A stretch of DNA of 64,000 nt from a virus: IMG/VR virus record IMGVR_UViG_3300033489_000004, positions 1 to 64,000 of that record, one strand, 5' to 3'. Positions 47,914 to 58,587 of this stretch are shown here, one piece after another. Numbering within the stretch: position 1 is the stretch's first letter; the number at the start of each line of letters is the position of its first letter. The notes under the pieces are model-generated. The model saw only the letters and a program-made list of their open reading frames with translations. It made no database searches and was not told where the DNA came from. A program made the translations under genes and the position numbers.

Positions 47914-50493
47914 ATGCCTAGTGAATTAGTAACAAATAAGCGGTATAGCAAGATATTACATCTGGAGTGTTTGCAGCGGGTGTATTTTGAAAAATTGGCC
48001 GGTTACTCTAAAGGATTGAAAGACGTGTTGGCAAAGTCTGAACGAGAGTTACCAGACCGACAAGAGCGGTTAGCGCGTTTTCCACAAGTGATAGATGACG
48101 TAACAGCCGATTTAAGAGAAGTTACAACCAAATTAAACCTTTGTATTGATTTATATTTGAGAGAAGGTTAAAATGTGTACTGTAAGAGTTTCTGGTATTA
48201 AAAACAGTAGCTTTAGTCAAAAAGATATTGAAAAAATAGTAGCCAAGGTAGAAAAATATTTAGGCTGTAATTTGCTTGAAGTTACTGTTGTATTTTATGC
48301 CAACCGGGGTTTTTTTGGTCGGTATACTAAACACATAAATATAGTTGAACTTACACCAGAGAAAATTAAAAAACTCAGTAAAACTAACATACAAAAAGGA
48401 TTTGGACCAAGCGAAAAGGTGGTTTTAGCACATGAGGTAGTTCATGCAATACAACATCAAAAGGAAGTACTCGGTTCTCCAGTATGCTATAAGGGAAATT
48501 TAGTTGAATATTATGAAGATAGTGGGGAATTTGAAGCTCAAGACACAGCAATTATTTTGTTTGGAACAAAAGAGGAAAAAGAAATATGGAAAACCGAGAT
48601 AAAGGATAAATTATGCCTAAAGTAACCAATTTTGAAACCATTGTTCTATTTGATTAGTTACAAGAAAAAAGAAACCCCGAGAAAGGAAAAACATGGATAT
48701 CAAAAGCTATGGGAGAAAGACAATGGATAATAAGGTAAAAGAGGCTGTAGAAAGGTATCAATGTTCTGGTTGTGTAACTGGATCTGATACTACCTGTTAT
48801 TTACATGCGGATGATTTAGGATGTGTTTATCATGTCGTAGGAACTAGCCTATTAGGAGTAGGGAATTTTTATCTTGGAATGCCTCGCGGTTTTGATAGAC
48901 TGGGGATGGCAAAAACACCTATTCAAATATTTAAAACATTAAAATATGGGTGGAAATACGGTAAATTTAATGCTCCTGTTTGGAAGTACTTAGATAACTA
49001 CGGTAATACCCTAGTTAGAGGAATTATGCCCAGGTTAAATCTACCTTTTTTGCACATTTTCTTAGGGGATTTTATGAAAGATATTGACTGTATAGAAATA
49101 ACAGCAAAAGATATGGAGGAGATGGATTAATGTATAAAGATTTAGATGGTAAGTTTTGTTCAGAAAATAAGGTGCTTGGGTATGATAGTATACATACTCC
49201 AATTAGAGCGGGCTATCAAGGTTATGTATCCTATGATAAAGATTTTCCTAATCATTTTATTGCTGGAACATCTTTACCAGAAAAGGGAAGTTTAATATTT
49301 CAAATATCTTTTTATGCTAAGTCTGGCAAGCAAGCAATAAGCGGAATTCAATATCTTACCAGTTTAGCAAGAAAGCATAGTCCTTGGAATAAAGCTAGTC
49401 AAATCCCAAGAGAAAGGATAAATAATGTACTCTAAAGACTTTGTATTGAGTTGCCCCGGTGTATACTGGAAAATGGAAAAAGGTCAGTATTATATGGTAA
49501 CATCTCTAAGTAGGATCGGTATAGTTTACAGGGCGGATTGTTGAAAAACATAGGAGGAATAATGATTGATTGGAATAGCTTTATTGCCGGTGTAACTATA
49601 GGTATTTCTATAGCAGCTATTATGTTTAACATAATAAGGTGGAGGTTAAGATGAGTTATAGCTATGAGGAGATAAAAGACAAAAAGTATCTACCTGGGAT
49701 AATATGTCCCCATACACCATAGGTATACAAACATGAAAAATGATTATATAGTAATAGAAGAGATATTAAACAGAAAGTTTGGTAGAAAGGTCTGTTATGC
49801 TTGTGGTAATATCCAGGAGCACAGGTTAATCTTTTGTCGTATTTGTGGCCGGAAATTTGGGTGGACACATCCCGAATGGACAGTACTGGAAGCAATAAAA
49901 ATAATTGAAAACAGTAATGGTACAAGTGGCATAACTATGGATTTCTTTTATAATATTCAATATGACAGGTATCTAAAAGCAGTAACGACCCAAGATTTTT
50001 ATAGGGGATATGTAACAGCAAGAATAACCTAGGGTAGTTTAAAATTAATTTTTGGTAACTAGTAAAAATGTCAGTATCAAATTAAACAAAATTAAAGAAA
50101 GGTACAGTTGGTAGCCTAATGGAATATAATTATGAAGAAGCAAAAGACAAGTATAGAGACCCAGTATTTAGACTTCTAAAGCAGGGGGTATCTACAAAAA
50201 CTATAGCTTTTAGTCTTTCTTTGCCGGAAATAATAGTAGAGGAGTTAGCAAATGAATATTATGTTGAACTTTTACTAGAAGCTAAGAAAAAAGGAAAGCC
50301 AGAAATAATGGGAGGGTTTTTATCAAGAAACTATAACCAAGATTTTTTTCTTGAAAAAGACTATGTTCAGTTAACAAACGACGCAAAAGAACTATTTGAA
50401 TTATGCAATGGAAAGGAACCAACAGAAGAAGAAATAAAAGTAGAAGCAAAAAAAGGTGTTGCAAGATTAGAAGAATATTTGAAAGAAGTATAA
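47914..50493 (+). other. hypothetical ORFs (47914-48171, 48723-49130, 49130-49435, 49733-50032, 50119-50493 HTH-like)
   Basis: ORF track. Confidence 0.5.
48173..48625 (+). CDS. HEXXH zinc-metallopeptidase-like protein
   Basis: LAHEVVHAIQH...EFEA; paralog of 63256-63714. Confidence 0.6.
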   Translation: MCTVRVSGIKNSSFSQKDIEKIVAKVEKYLGCNLLEVTVVFYANRGFFGRYTKHINIVELTPEKIKKLSKTNIQKGFGPSEKVVLAHEVVHAIQHQKEVLGSPVCYKGNLVEYYEDSGEFEAQDTAIILFGTKEEKEIWKTEIKDKLCLK

Positions 50494-50850
50494 AATGAAA
50501 TTAATCATAAAAGTGCATAGTCCTGTTAGGGTGTTTACTAGTATAGTCGCCGACAACCCAAAACCTGATGAGGTAGGTTCAGAGAAATTCTTGATAAGGA
50601 TTTAACAAACCTTCACTTTAATCTAGCAGACAACGCTACAGTGTTTTTTCAAAAAGGCTTATTAGAAAATTCGGCTATAGAAATAATAGAGGAGAATTAA
50701 AATGAAAAAACAAGTAGGTAGTTTAGAATTTTTTATCTTTTTTCGTCCAACAGGATATTTTTTTCTAAGGAAGGGGTACCGTGTTTATAGGTTGAAAAAA
50801 GGATCTTTAATAGATATTGGTGCCATTACTATTGGATACGAGGTAAAACA

Positions 50851-51210
50851 ATGAAAAAATTTGAAGATTTGGTTGGCAAGGTTCTCTCAAACGTGGAGAA
50901 TAATTCAGATGAAATTATTTTCACGCTCGAAACAGGTGAGAAATACAAACTCTATCACAACCAAGATTGTTGTGAGTCTGTTTCTGTCGAAGATGTCATT
51001 GGTGATTTGAATGTTTTGATTGGTTCGCCTATCCTCATGGCGGAAGAAGCATCACAGTCAGAAAATCCCGAAGGCCTCTCTATAGAAGACCAACGGAGTT
51101 TTACTTGGACATTCTATAAATTGGCAACAATCAAGGGGTATGTCACAATCCGCTGGTATGGCGAAAGTAATGGCTATTACAGTGAGTCTGTTGATTGGGG
51201 CGTTGCCTAA
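50851..51210 (+). CDS. conserved phage protein (HxQDCCE...WTFY...[12 protein letters not shown] family)
   Basis: Motif-rich 119 aa; intact paralog of 44675-45046. Confidence 0.75.
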   Translation: MKKFEDLVGKVLSNVENNSDEIIFTLETGEKYKLYHNQDCCESVSVEDVIGDLNVLIGSPILMAEEASQSENPEGLSIEDQRSFTWTFYKLATIKGYVTIRWYGESNGYYSESVDWGVA

Positions 51211-51685
51211 CCACGTGGAGACATTATTATTGGGTTAGAAAGGAAAATGAGATGACAAAACGAAAGAAAACTAAAATAAAAATAGAAACCTACTTTAATC
51301 TATATATTTGTGCCCCGACCCTAAAAGAAGCTATAGCAGAGTTGAAAAAAGCAGTAGAAACTGCTAAGATTAAGATAACGGCTTTAAAGGATTTTGTTAG
51401 AGTAAATGACATACACTACTATTTTGATGTAGGGGTGAGAAATGAAAAATCATAACTGGGTAGTTTCATTTATTGATAAAAAAGAAATAGTAATATCTGC
51501 TGGAACAGCCATAGAGGCTAAGATATTAGCTCAAGCGGAGAGAATAAACCTGGGGGAAACCTTCTGTGTAAATAAGGTTGAATTGGGGGAGGGCTAATGG
51601 ACTTACAATGGTTTGTTGACGTATTACAGACTGTCTGTATAATAGGAGTATTTGTTTTGGTGTGCATTCAAATAAAGGATAAGTA

Positions 51686-51916
51686 ATGAGAAAAGCCCCT
51701 AGATTTTTGGTTAACCAGGATTTTGAAAATGCAATAAGAGACAATGAAAGATTCCGAATAATTGACATAGGACTATGGAAAGAAGCCGGTTTCACAGAAG
51801 AAGAGATATCAAATTTGTTGGTGGTTAGTCAGTCTGAGGTAAGAAGATGTATCAGAAAAGTTAAAAATCTAGTGGGAAAAGGTAGTGTAAAAGACCTGTT
51901 GACAAACCTAAAATAG
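51686..51916 (+). CDS. stand-alone sigma region-4-like HTH protein
   Basis: GFTEEEISNLLVVSQSEVRRCIRK. Confidence 0.5.
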   Translation: MRKAPRFLVNQDFENAIRDNERFRIIDIGLWKEAGFTEEEISNLLVVSQSEVRRCIRKVKNLVGKGSVKDLLTNLK

Positions 51917-51927
51917 TGTGCTAGAAT
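51899..51927 (+). promoter_or_regulatory. sigma70/sigmaA promoter
   Basis: TTGACA-N17-TAGAAT with TG extension. Confidence 0.75.
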
Positions 51928-51947
51928 AAAAAAAGAGGTAATTAGGA

Positions 51948-53017
51948 ATGGCAAAATCAAAATATGGTACGCTGGTTGTATATCAAGATGTAAACGAAGT
52001 TATTATTTGCCGCCTGGAAGATGAAAAACAGATGGTCAAAGAGTATTTTACAGAGGGGGGTAGGGTTTTAGAGGAGTATGATAAAACTGAAATAAATGAT
52101 GCTGTGCCAGTATGTTCTAAGGTACTGCTATTTTAGGGAGGAACTATGAGTACTGACGACGGTATTTATATAGCTAAGTTTCTAGATGGTTTTCGAGTAA
52201 CATATTCTCAAGCAATACGTAATATAGACTATTATCCCGAAGGAAGTAAAGAACGAAAGGAGGAACTAAAACGGTACTTTAAATATAGCCCTATATTTGA
52301 AACTGTGGGAAGAGCCGAAAGATTTGCACGTTTCTTAAAACATAAAGAAACAACCGCTTACTGTAAGAATCCGGAATATGGTATAAGTTATATTGGAGAG
52401 TATGAAAGTTGGGAATAAAACAAAATAACTGATAATGTTAGATAAAGTAGGTGCATTGAAAGTGTTCTATAAGAATATGTCCTGGAAAGCTTGGAGTGCC
52501 GGAGTAAGCTATGTTAAAAAAGTAGTTAACAAAGCTAAAGGAGAGCAAGATGAAGATTAGAGATTTAAAGCATGGACAAAGCTGTACCTGTGTTATTGAC
52601 GAAACTTGGGTTGATGATGCTAGAATATCTATTAATGGCCTTAAAGTATTTATTTGCCAAAATGTTATACGAGGAGTAATGGCAACAGACCAATTAGGCT
52701 ATGAGTATGGTTGGATGATTGGTCATGTTGATGATGGGGATTTAGAAGAAGTTATAGCCTCTTGGGGTGTAACGGACTTTAAGCTTGTAGAAGACGAAAA
52801 ACCTACAACTACAGCAGGACTTGATTTTATACGAGGGAATATTTCTGCGGCAACAACCCCGTTAAAAACAAGTGTATTTGATCTTGGAATGGGTAATAGA
52901 CTAGAAATAACTAAACCTAAAATCAAAATAATTAATAAGTATACAAAAACAGAAAATAGTCTATCTGATAGTGAGATAATAGCCCTTCGAGACGTTTTAA
53001 ATAGGCTATTTTCATAA
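51948..53017 (+). other. hypothetical ORFs (51948-52136, 52146-52418, 52550-53017)
   Basis: ORF track with RBS. Confidence 0.55.
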
Positions 53018-53079
53018 GGTGATTATATGTTTGTAATTGAAAAATACTATAAACCAATAAAAAAAGTTTACTCAAAAAT

Positions 53080-53107
53080 TAAAGTTTAAGACAAAAAATG
53101 CCGATAA
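53080..53107 (+). promoter_or_regulatory. sigma-28-type promoter P8
   Basis: TAAA-gtttaagacaaaaaat-GCCGATAA (N16), 7 nt before tRNA-Leu. Confidence 0.85.
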
Positions 53108-53114
53108 TAGAGTT

Positions 53115-53199
53115 GTCCCAGTGTTGTAATTTGGTAGCTGAGCAGGACTTAAAATTCTGTGGCCATAAGGTCGTGCTGGTTCGAGTCCAGCCTGGGACA
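53115..53199 (+). tRNA. tRNA-Leu(TAA), second divergent copy
   Basis: GTCCCAG/CTGGGAC acceptor, CAGGA-CT-TAA-AA-TTCTG, variable arm GGCC-ATAA-GGTC, GCTGG-TTCGAGT-CCAGC. Confidence 0.88.
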
Positions 53200-53356
53200 C
53201 GAAAGGAGAAACAACAATGAATATGAGTATTAGTTTATTTGGTTCTGGTGGATATTTTCATATTTGGATATCCTTTAGAAAACAAATTGTTCTATCTATT
53301 ACTATAGATTCTTTGTTTGTGGAACTAGTAGTATTTAATAAAAAAGTAGTAGAAAA

Positions 53357-55090
53357 ATGGTTTTAAAAGACAGAGAAATTCTTTATGATGAAGACGCGAT
53401 ATTAGCAGATAGGATTATTTCTGTTATTGAGCTAAGAAAACGTTGGATAACAGTAAAGTTTCCTTGGGACTATACTATATACGCTAAAGTGTCTTCTCTA
53501 CCGGTGCGCCAATGGGATAAAGCTAATAAAGTATGGAAAATTCCCTGTGAACTATCCTCAATTAATCTCCTGCTTGATTATCTGAAAGATTTTCCTATTT
53601 CTGGAAGCTTCGTTAAGCTATATGAGGAATTATTGACAAAAGAAGCTAAACTAGCTACACAAAAAGAAAAACTAGCAAATACTCAAAATAATCTGTCTAC
53701 TAAACTCAATATTGATTTGAAACTAGCCCTTTTTCCTTTTCAAAAAGCCGGGGTTAGCGCAATTAATGTAGCTGATGGTAAAGTATTACTAGCTGATGAA
53801 CAAGGTATTGGCAAAACATGTCAAGCCATTGCTTATTGTCACCAGCATAATCTGAAGACTCTTGTAGTATGTCCGGCTTTTCTTCGCTATGTTTGGGACG
53901 GGGAAATAAAGAAATTTACTAATAGAAGCGTAAAGCTTTTGGATAAAGAAAATGTTAAAAATCAAACAGACTTTACGGTTGTGAGTTATACAAGTTTAAA
54001 GAAGTATACAAAAGAATTACTGAAGCAGAATTTTGACTGTGTTATACTGGATGAGGCAACCCATATAAAAAATCCCCGCGCCGCCAGAACTAAAGAAACC
54101 CACAAACTAAAAACAATAGATAAAAGATTAGTTCTTACAGGAACCCCGGCTTTAAATAGACCTGCTGAATTATTTAGTCTTCTTAATTTTATAGATAAGG
54201 ATAAGTGGAGTTCTTTTTGGGAGTTTGCAGCTAAGTACTGTGATTTGAAATTAGTAGAGTTTGATAAAAAGGATGGCAGCCATGTTAAATTTTGGGACTA
54301 TAACGGGGCCTCTAATCTAAAGGAATTACACGAGGAACTATCTACTGTAATGATTAGAAGAAAAAAAGAAGATGTCTTGCCGGATCTTCCAGAAAAGCTT
54401 ATATCGGATATTTATTTGGATCTTCCCCCAGAGGGAATAAAAGAGTATAATCAAGCCTATGATGATTTTATAGGTTATCTAAAAGAGCAGGGAAAATTGC
54501 CTTCAGATGAGCGAGATTCTACAGCTATTCATCTTACTAAGCTAACTACTCTGAAACAGATATTGTCAAACTATAAACTAGAGTTTGTAGAAGAGTTTAT
54601 TGAAGAATTGGGGGATTCTAAGGCACTAATATTCTCTCAGTACCTAGCTCCATTATATGCTCTTCAAAAGCAATATAAGGATTCCTCTGTAACCATTACA
54701 GGAAAAGACTCTGATAAGATTAGAGATATGCGGGTTAGGCAATTTCAAAATGATGAAAGGATTAGATTGTTTTTAGGGAGCATCAAGGCTTCCGGTATGG
54801 GTATTACACTTACAGCAGCAGATAAAGTCCTGTTTATTAATCTATTATGGACTCCAGCGGATCACGACCAGGCGATGGACAGATGCCACAGAATAGGGTC
54901 AAAGAACTGCATAAATGCCTATTTCCCGGTATTTCGGGGAACTATCGAGGAGGATATATTGGAAATCCTTAACGAAAAAAGAAAAGTAATCTCCCAAATA
55001 CTTGGAGAAGAAGACAATAGAAAACTCCGAAAGGATGTCTATAAAAAGTTTATTAGTAAGGTTAAGAAAAGAGAGAAGATTACAGAATGA
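53357..55090 (+). CDS. SNF2-family (HARP/SMARCAL1-like) helicase
   Basis: LADEQGIGKT, ILDEATHIKN, LTGTPALNRP, GITLTAA, QAMDRCHRIG. Confidence 0.92.
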   Translation: MVLKDREILYDEDAILADRIISVIELRKRWITVKFPWDYTIYAKVSSLPVRQWDKANKVWKIPCELSSINLLLDYLKDFPISGSFVKLYEELLTKEAKLATQKEKLANTQNNLSTKLNIDLKLALFPFQKAGVSAINVADGKVLLADEQGIGKTCQAIAYCHQHNLKTLVVCPAFLRYVWDGEIKKFTNRSVKLLDKENVKNQTDFTVVSYTSLKKYTKELLKQNFDCVILDEATHIKNPRAARTKETHKLKTIDKRLVLTGTPALNRPAELFSLLNFIDKDKWSSFWEFAAKYCDLKLVEFDKKDGSHVKFWDYNGASNLKELHEELSTVMIRRKKEDVLPDLPEKLISDIYLDLPPEGIKEYNQAYDDFIGYLKEQGKLPSDERDSTAIHLTKLTTLKQILSNYKLEFVEEFIEELGDSKALIFSQYLAPLYALQKQYKDSSVTITGKDSDKIRDMRVRQFQNDERIRLFLGSIKASGMGITLTAADKVLFINLLWTPADHDQAMDRCHRIGSKNCINAYFPVFRGTIEEDILEILNEKRKVISQILGEEDNRKLRKDVYKKFISKVKKREKITE

Positions 55091-55425
55091 GCTTAAAACT
55101 TCTTGGTAGGGACGAAAAAGGTAGAAAAAGATATACTGATAAATGTGGGTATGTTAAAGTAAGAATTCAAACAGGTAGGACAAAAATAAATATAAGGGGT
55201 CAAGTGAGAAAGATAACTAAATTAAGATTTGAGCATAAGCTAGTAATTGAGGAAGCTTTAGGTATTGAGCTTCCTTCTTATACGTCTATTCACCATAAAG
55301 GTATTAAATATCCCATCGGTAGTCGGAAAAATAAGCAAGACAATAGGCTTATCAATTTAAAAATTTACTACAAAGATGACCATTATAAAAAAGAGCACCA
55401 GCTTGAAAAGATAGGCACTAAGTAG
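55087..55425 (+). CDS. HNH homing-endonuclease-like protein
   Basis: GYVKV..EHKLVIE..IHHKG...KQDNRLINL. Confidence 0.75.
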   Translation: MSLKLLGRDEKGRKRYTDKCGYVKVRIQTGRTKINIRGQVRKITKLRFEHKLVIEEALGIELPSYTSIHHKGIKYPIGSRKNKQDNRLINLKIYYKDDHYKKEHQLEKIGTK

Positions 55426-55431
55426 TATAAT
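55403..55431 (+). promoter_or_regulatory. sigma70/sigmaA promoter
   Basis: TTGAAA-N17-TATAAT. Confidence 0.65.
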
Positions 55432-55461
55432 AGTATTAGAAGTTAAAAAATAGGAGGTATA

Positions 55462-56088
55462 ATGTACAAATTTCTTAAAACAGGAATGAAAAGCAGTTTT
55501 GGAAATCAGGTTTGGAAAAAGAATATTTGGTATACAATTGACGGCCCATTGTCAATTTGTAACAAAGGATTTCATTGTAGTAAAGAAATTCAACAGGCAT
55601 TTTCTTGGGTGCAAGGAAGGTATCTTTGTATTGTAGAGGTTAGAGGAGATAGCATTATTCACAAGGATAAGCAGTGCTGGTCTGAAATGAGGGTTACAGA
55701 AGCCTATCCTTGGAAAAAGAAAGACTCTGTAGCCATAGCTATCTATGCTGCTGAATTAGTTATTGATAATTTTGAAACGGAATACCCAAACGATAATAGA
55801 CCAAGAAAAGCCATAGAAGCAGCAAAGGCATACTTGAAAAATCCTTGTAAAAGAACCAAGGATGCTGCTGCTGATGCTGCTGATGCTGCTCATGCTGCTG
55901 CTGATGCTGCTCATGCTGCTGCTCGTGCTGCTGCTTGGTCTATTGCTAGATCTGCTGAGTCTGCTGCTTGGTCTGCTTGGTCTGCTTGGTCTATTGCTAG
56001 ATCTGCTGCTAGATCTGCTGAAGTACTGCAGCAAATTGAGGGGTGGTTTCAAAATTGGCTACAAGAGAAAAGAGCTAAAAATGTATAG
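55462..56088 (+). CDS. phage protein with Imm5-like helical domain and Ala-rich repeats
   Basis: CNKGFHCS; YPNDNRPRKAIEAAKAY followed by AAADAADAAH.. tract. Confidence 0.65.
   Translation: MYKFLKTGMKSSFGNQVWKKNIWYTIDGPLSICNKGFHCSKEIQQAFSWVQGRYLCIVEVRGDSIIHKDKQCWSEMRVTEAYPWKKKDSVAIAIYAAELVIDNFETEYPNDNRPRKAIEAAKAYLKNPCKRTKDAAADAADAAHAAADAAHAAARAAAWSIARSAESAAWSAWSAWSIARSAARSAEVLQQIEGWFQNWLQEKRAKNV
55861..56020 (+). repeat. low-complexity GCT-based coding repeat
   Basis: gatgctgctgctgatgctgct...; tctgcttgg x3; tctattgctagatctgctg x2. Confidence 0.85.
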
Positions 56089-56130
56089 CTTTTATAGAGG
56101 ATCTAAAATAGTATTAGGAGGATAAAATAA

Positions 56131-56421
56131 ATGGTCTCTTCGTTTCATCGAGGGCATAAAACAATAACAGGCAAAGATCTAAGGTGGAGATATGCCGACA
56201 CAGAAAGATTAGTCCCTATTAATCCTTCAAAAGAAAGGCCCTGTAAACTATGTGGCAAAAAGCCAACTAGGGGTGGTGATGATTGGTGTCTTGGACATCT
56301 TCCAGGAGTTTTGTTTGCTTGTTGTGGTCATGGTGTTGAAGAAGGCTATATTCTTTTTGAAAACGGCATAAGAATAAGCGGAAAGTTTACAGTAGAAAGA
56401 TTTAATAAAAGGCGTAAGTAA
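56131..56421 (+). CDS. conserved phage hypothetical protein
   Basis: RPCKLCG..DWCLGHLPGVLFACCGHG motif. Confidence 0.65.
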   Translation: MVSSFHRGHKTITGKDLRWRYADTERLVPINPSKERPCKLCGKKPTRGGDDWCLGHLPGVLFACCGHGVEEGYILFENGIRISGKFTVERFNKRRK

Positions 56422-57191
56422 TGAATCTTAAAGAAGAATTTCTAAATGAATTGAAAGTTATTGGTTTTTCAAGATATACGACAATTAACTATAGTTCAGA
56501 TATTTCCAAACTGGAAAAAAACGGACTAGAAAATATTGAATATAACAATCTACGAAATATTGTATTAGAGACATTAGGAAATATTCCCAATCTTCGCTCA
56601 AGATCAAGAGCATTAAGTTGCTATAAATCCTTTTCTCGGTGGCTATATGACAACGAATATACGGATAAAGACACTTTAAAGTCCCTAAAGTCAATCAAAG
56701 TACCTAAAGTCCTTTTAAAAATTCCTAAAATTCAAAAAAGACCTATTCATAGTGAGTTTAAAAGCAAAAATTCGTTATATCAGACAATTATTGACACTCT
56801 AGAGCAGACAGGGGTGCGAGTAGGGGAATTGAGTCGATTAACTTTAGGAAATCTTAAAGAAGAAAGTATTATTGTATTCGGTAAAGGTTCTAAGGAAAGA
56901 GAAATACCTTGCAATAAAAAATTAGTCCTAGACATTCAAAGGGAATTGGGGATACATAAGCATTTTCCCTCTACTTCACAAATATTTAGGATCGTTAAGA
57001 AATATCTAGGGGTATCGCCGCATAAGCTACGCCACAATTTTGCCAAAAAATTAGCTGCTTCTGGGGCTAATGGTTTTACTATAATGCAACTGCTTGGGCA
57101 TAGCTCAATTTCAACCTCTCAGATTTATATAAATCTTGCAAATGATAAAAGCCTAAAGAAAGCTGTTGAAAAAGCTAATGAGAGAACGTAG
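56421..57191 (+). CDS. XerC/D-like tyrosine recombinase
   Basis: TGVRVGEL, GKGSKER, PHKLRHNFA, LLGHSSISTSQIY. Confidence 0.9.
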   Translation: MNLKEEFLNELKVIGFSRYTTINYSSDISKLEKNGLENIEYNNLRNIVLETLGNIPNLRSRSRALSCYKSFSRWLYDNEYTDKDTLKSLKSIKVPKVLLKIPKIQKRPIHSEFKSKNSLYQTIIDTLEQTGVRVGELSRLTLGNLKEESIIVFGKGSKEREIPCNKKLVLDIQRELGIHKHFPSTSQIFRIVKKYLGVSPHKLRHNFAKKLAASGANGFTIMQLLGHSSISTSQIYINLANDKSLKKAVEKANERT

Positions 57192-57386
57192 TTACTCAAA
57201 GAATAAAAAATGTGTTGATTGTAATAAACTAATTAGTAATAAATCTACTCGATGCAATAGATGTAGTACAATATTTTGCTATAGTAGAATAAAAACAGAG
57301 TATAAAAATAAAGATTGGCTTTATCAAAAATATATAACAGAAAAAAGACAATTGAAAGCATAGCAAAAGAGTTATAAGGAAGAATA

Positions 57387-58391
57387 ATGCTTAATCTTGA
57401 TAAGTTAAAAGAAAAGTTTAATAGTTTAAGCGGAAACTATTCTTTTCAAACCAATAAGTTGAGACCCAAGGATTTTGATTCATATATCGGAAATTCTAAT
57501 GCCAAGAATCTAGTACAGATGACTCTATTATCTTGTCAAAAACAAAATAAGCCGTTCCCCCACGTTTTAATTGCAGGGCAGTCGGGGACAGGAAAAACAT
57601 CCTTGGCTATGCTTATAGCCGCATACCAGAAAGGTTCTATAATTGATTGTCAGATGCCCGTGAATTATGACGAATGGGTTGCTTCTATAGTTAGAATCCC
57701 TGCTCGGTATCCTGGCGACGGTTTTTCTGTACTAATAGCTGATGAGATCCACTTACAATCCCGAAAACAGCCAGAAACACTTTATTCTATACTAGAAGAA
57801 AATTTTATCATTATTAATGGGGAAAGATGTTATGTTCCTTCATTTACTGCGGTCGGGTGTACTACTGAAATAGGGGAGATAACCCCCCCGCTTAGAAATA
57901 GGTTTTCTTTACTTATACAATTAGATAAGCTAACCCTAGAAGACATGAAAAAAGTAACCTTGCAAGGAGCAAATAAATATGATATTGATATTACAGATAA
58001 AGCAGTTGAGCTGATAGCTAGGGTTAGTAATAGTATACCTAGAGATTGTAATAGCTATTTAACGCACTGCCTAAATCTTTCAAAGGCATTAGAATCAAAT
58101 AGTATAGATGAAGAAACAGTTCAAACAGTATTTTCTCTCTTAAAAGTAAATGAAGATGGGATAGATCTTTCCTGTATTAACTATTTGAAAATCTTGCGAG
58201 ATGTTTTCAAAATGGAAAAGACAGGGATTCGTACTATAGCAGCTACCATAGGGGAAAATCCTGCCACTATCGAGCTAATAATAGAGCCAAAGCTACTGAA
58301 TTTGGGCTTGATTGTTAAAACTCCTCGTGGTAGAATGCTAGTAGACAAGGGATTAGATTATCTTGAGTCTGATAAAGTAAAGGAGATTTAA
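57387..58391 (+). CDS. ruvB: Holliday junction branch-migration ATPase RuvB
   Basis: LRPKDFDSYIG, GQSGTGKT, ADEIH, PLRNRF, IEPKLL..TPRGR. Confidence 0.9.
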   Translation: MLNLDKLKEKFNSLSGNYSFQTNKLRPKDFDSYIGNSNAKNLVQMTLLSCQKQNKPFPHVLIAGQSGTGKTSLAMLIAAYQKGSIIDCQMPVNYDEWVASIVRIPARYPGDGFSVLIADEIHLQSRKQPETLYSILEENFIIINGERCYVPSFTAVGCTTEIGEITPPLRNRFSLLIQLDKLTLEDMKKVTLQGANKYDIDITDKAVELIARVSNSIPRDCNSYLTHCLNLSKALESNSIDEETVQTVFSLLKVNEDGIDLSCINYLKILRDVFKMEKTGIRTIAATIGENPATIELIIEPKLLNLGLIVKTPRGRMLVDKGLDYLESDKVKEI

Positions 58392-58587
58392 TGATTAGAG
58401 AATTAGCTGTTTATGAAGTAACAATAGAATACAATAACCATTTGTCTCCAACTATAACGGAAACAATATCCGGGGACAGTATTACAGCAGCTGAGGGTGT
58501 GTTAAACTATTATTCTAATCTTAAAGATTAGATTGATAAAGTAAGTGTAAAATATGTTAAGAGAATCTATAAGGAGAGTGTTTAGTT

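Noticed and set aside
50565-50587. Hammerhead ribozyme core CTGATGA...GAAA
   Set aside because: No stem II pairing between the motifs
55756-56125. Leu-rich and Ser-rich ORFs
   Set aside because: Alternate-frame readings of the GCT repeat
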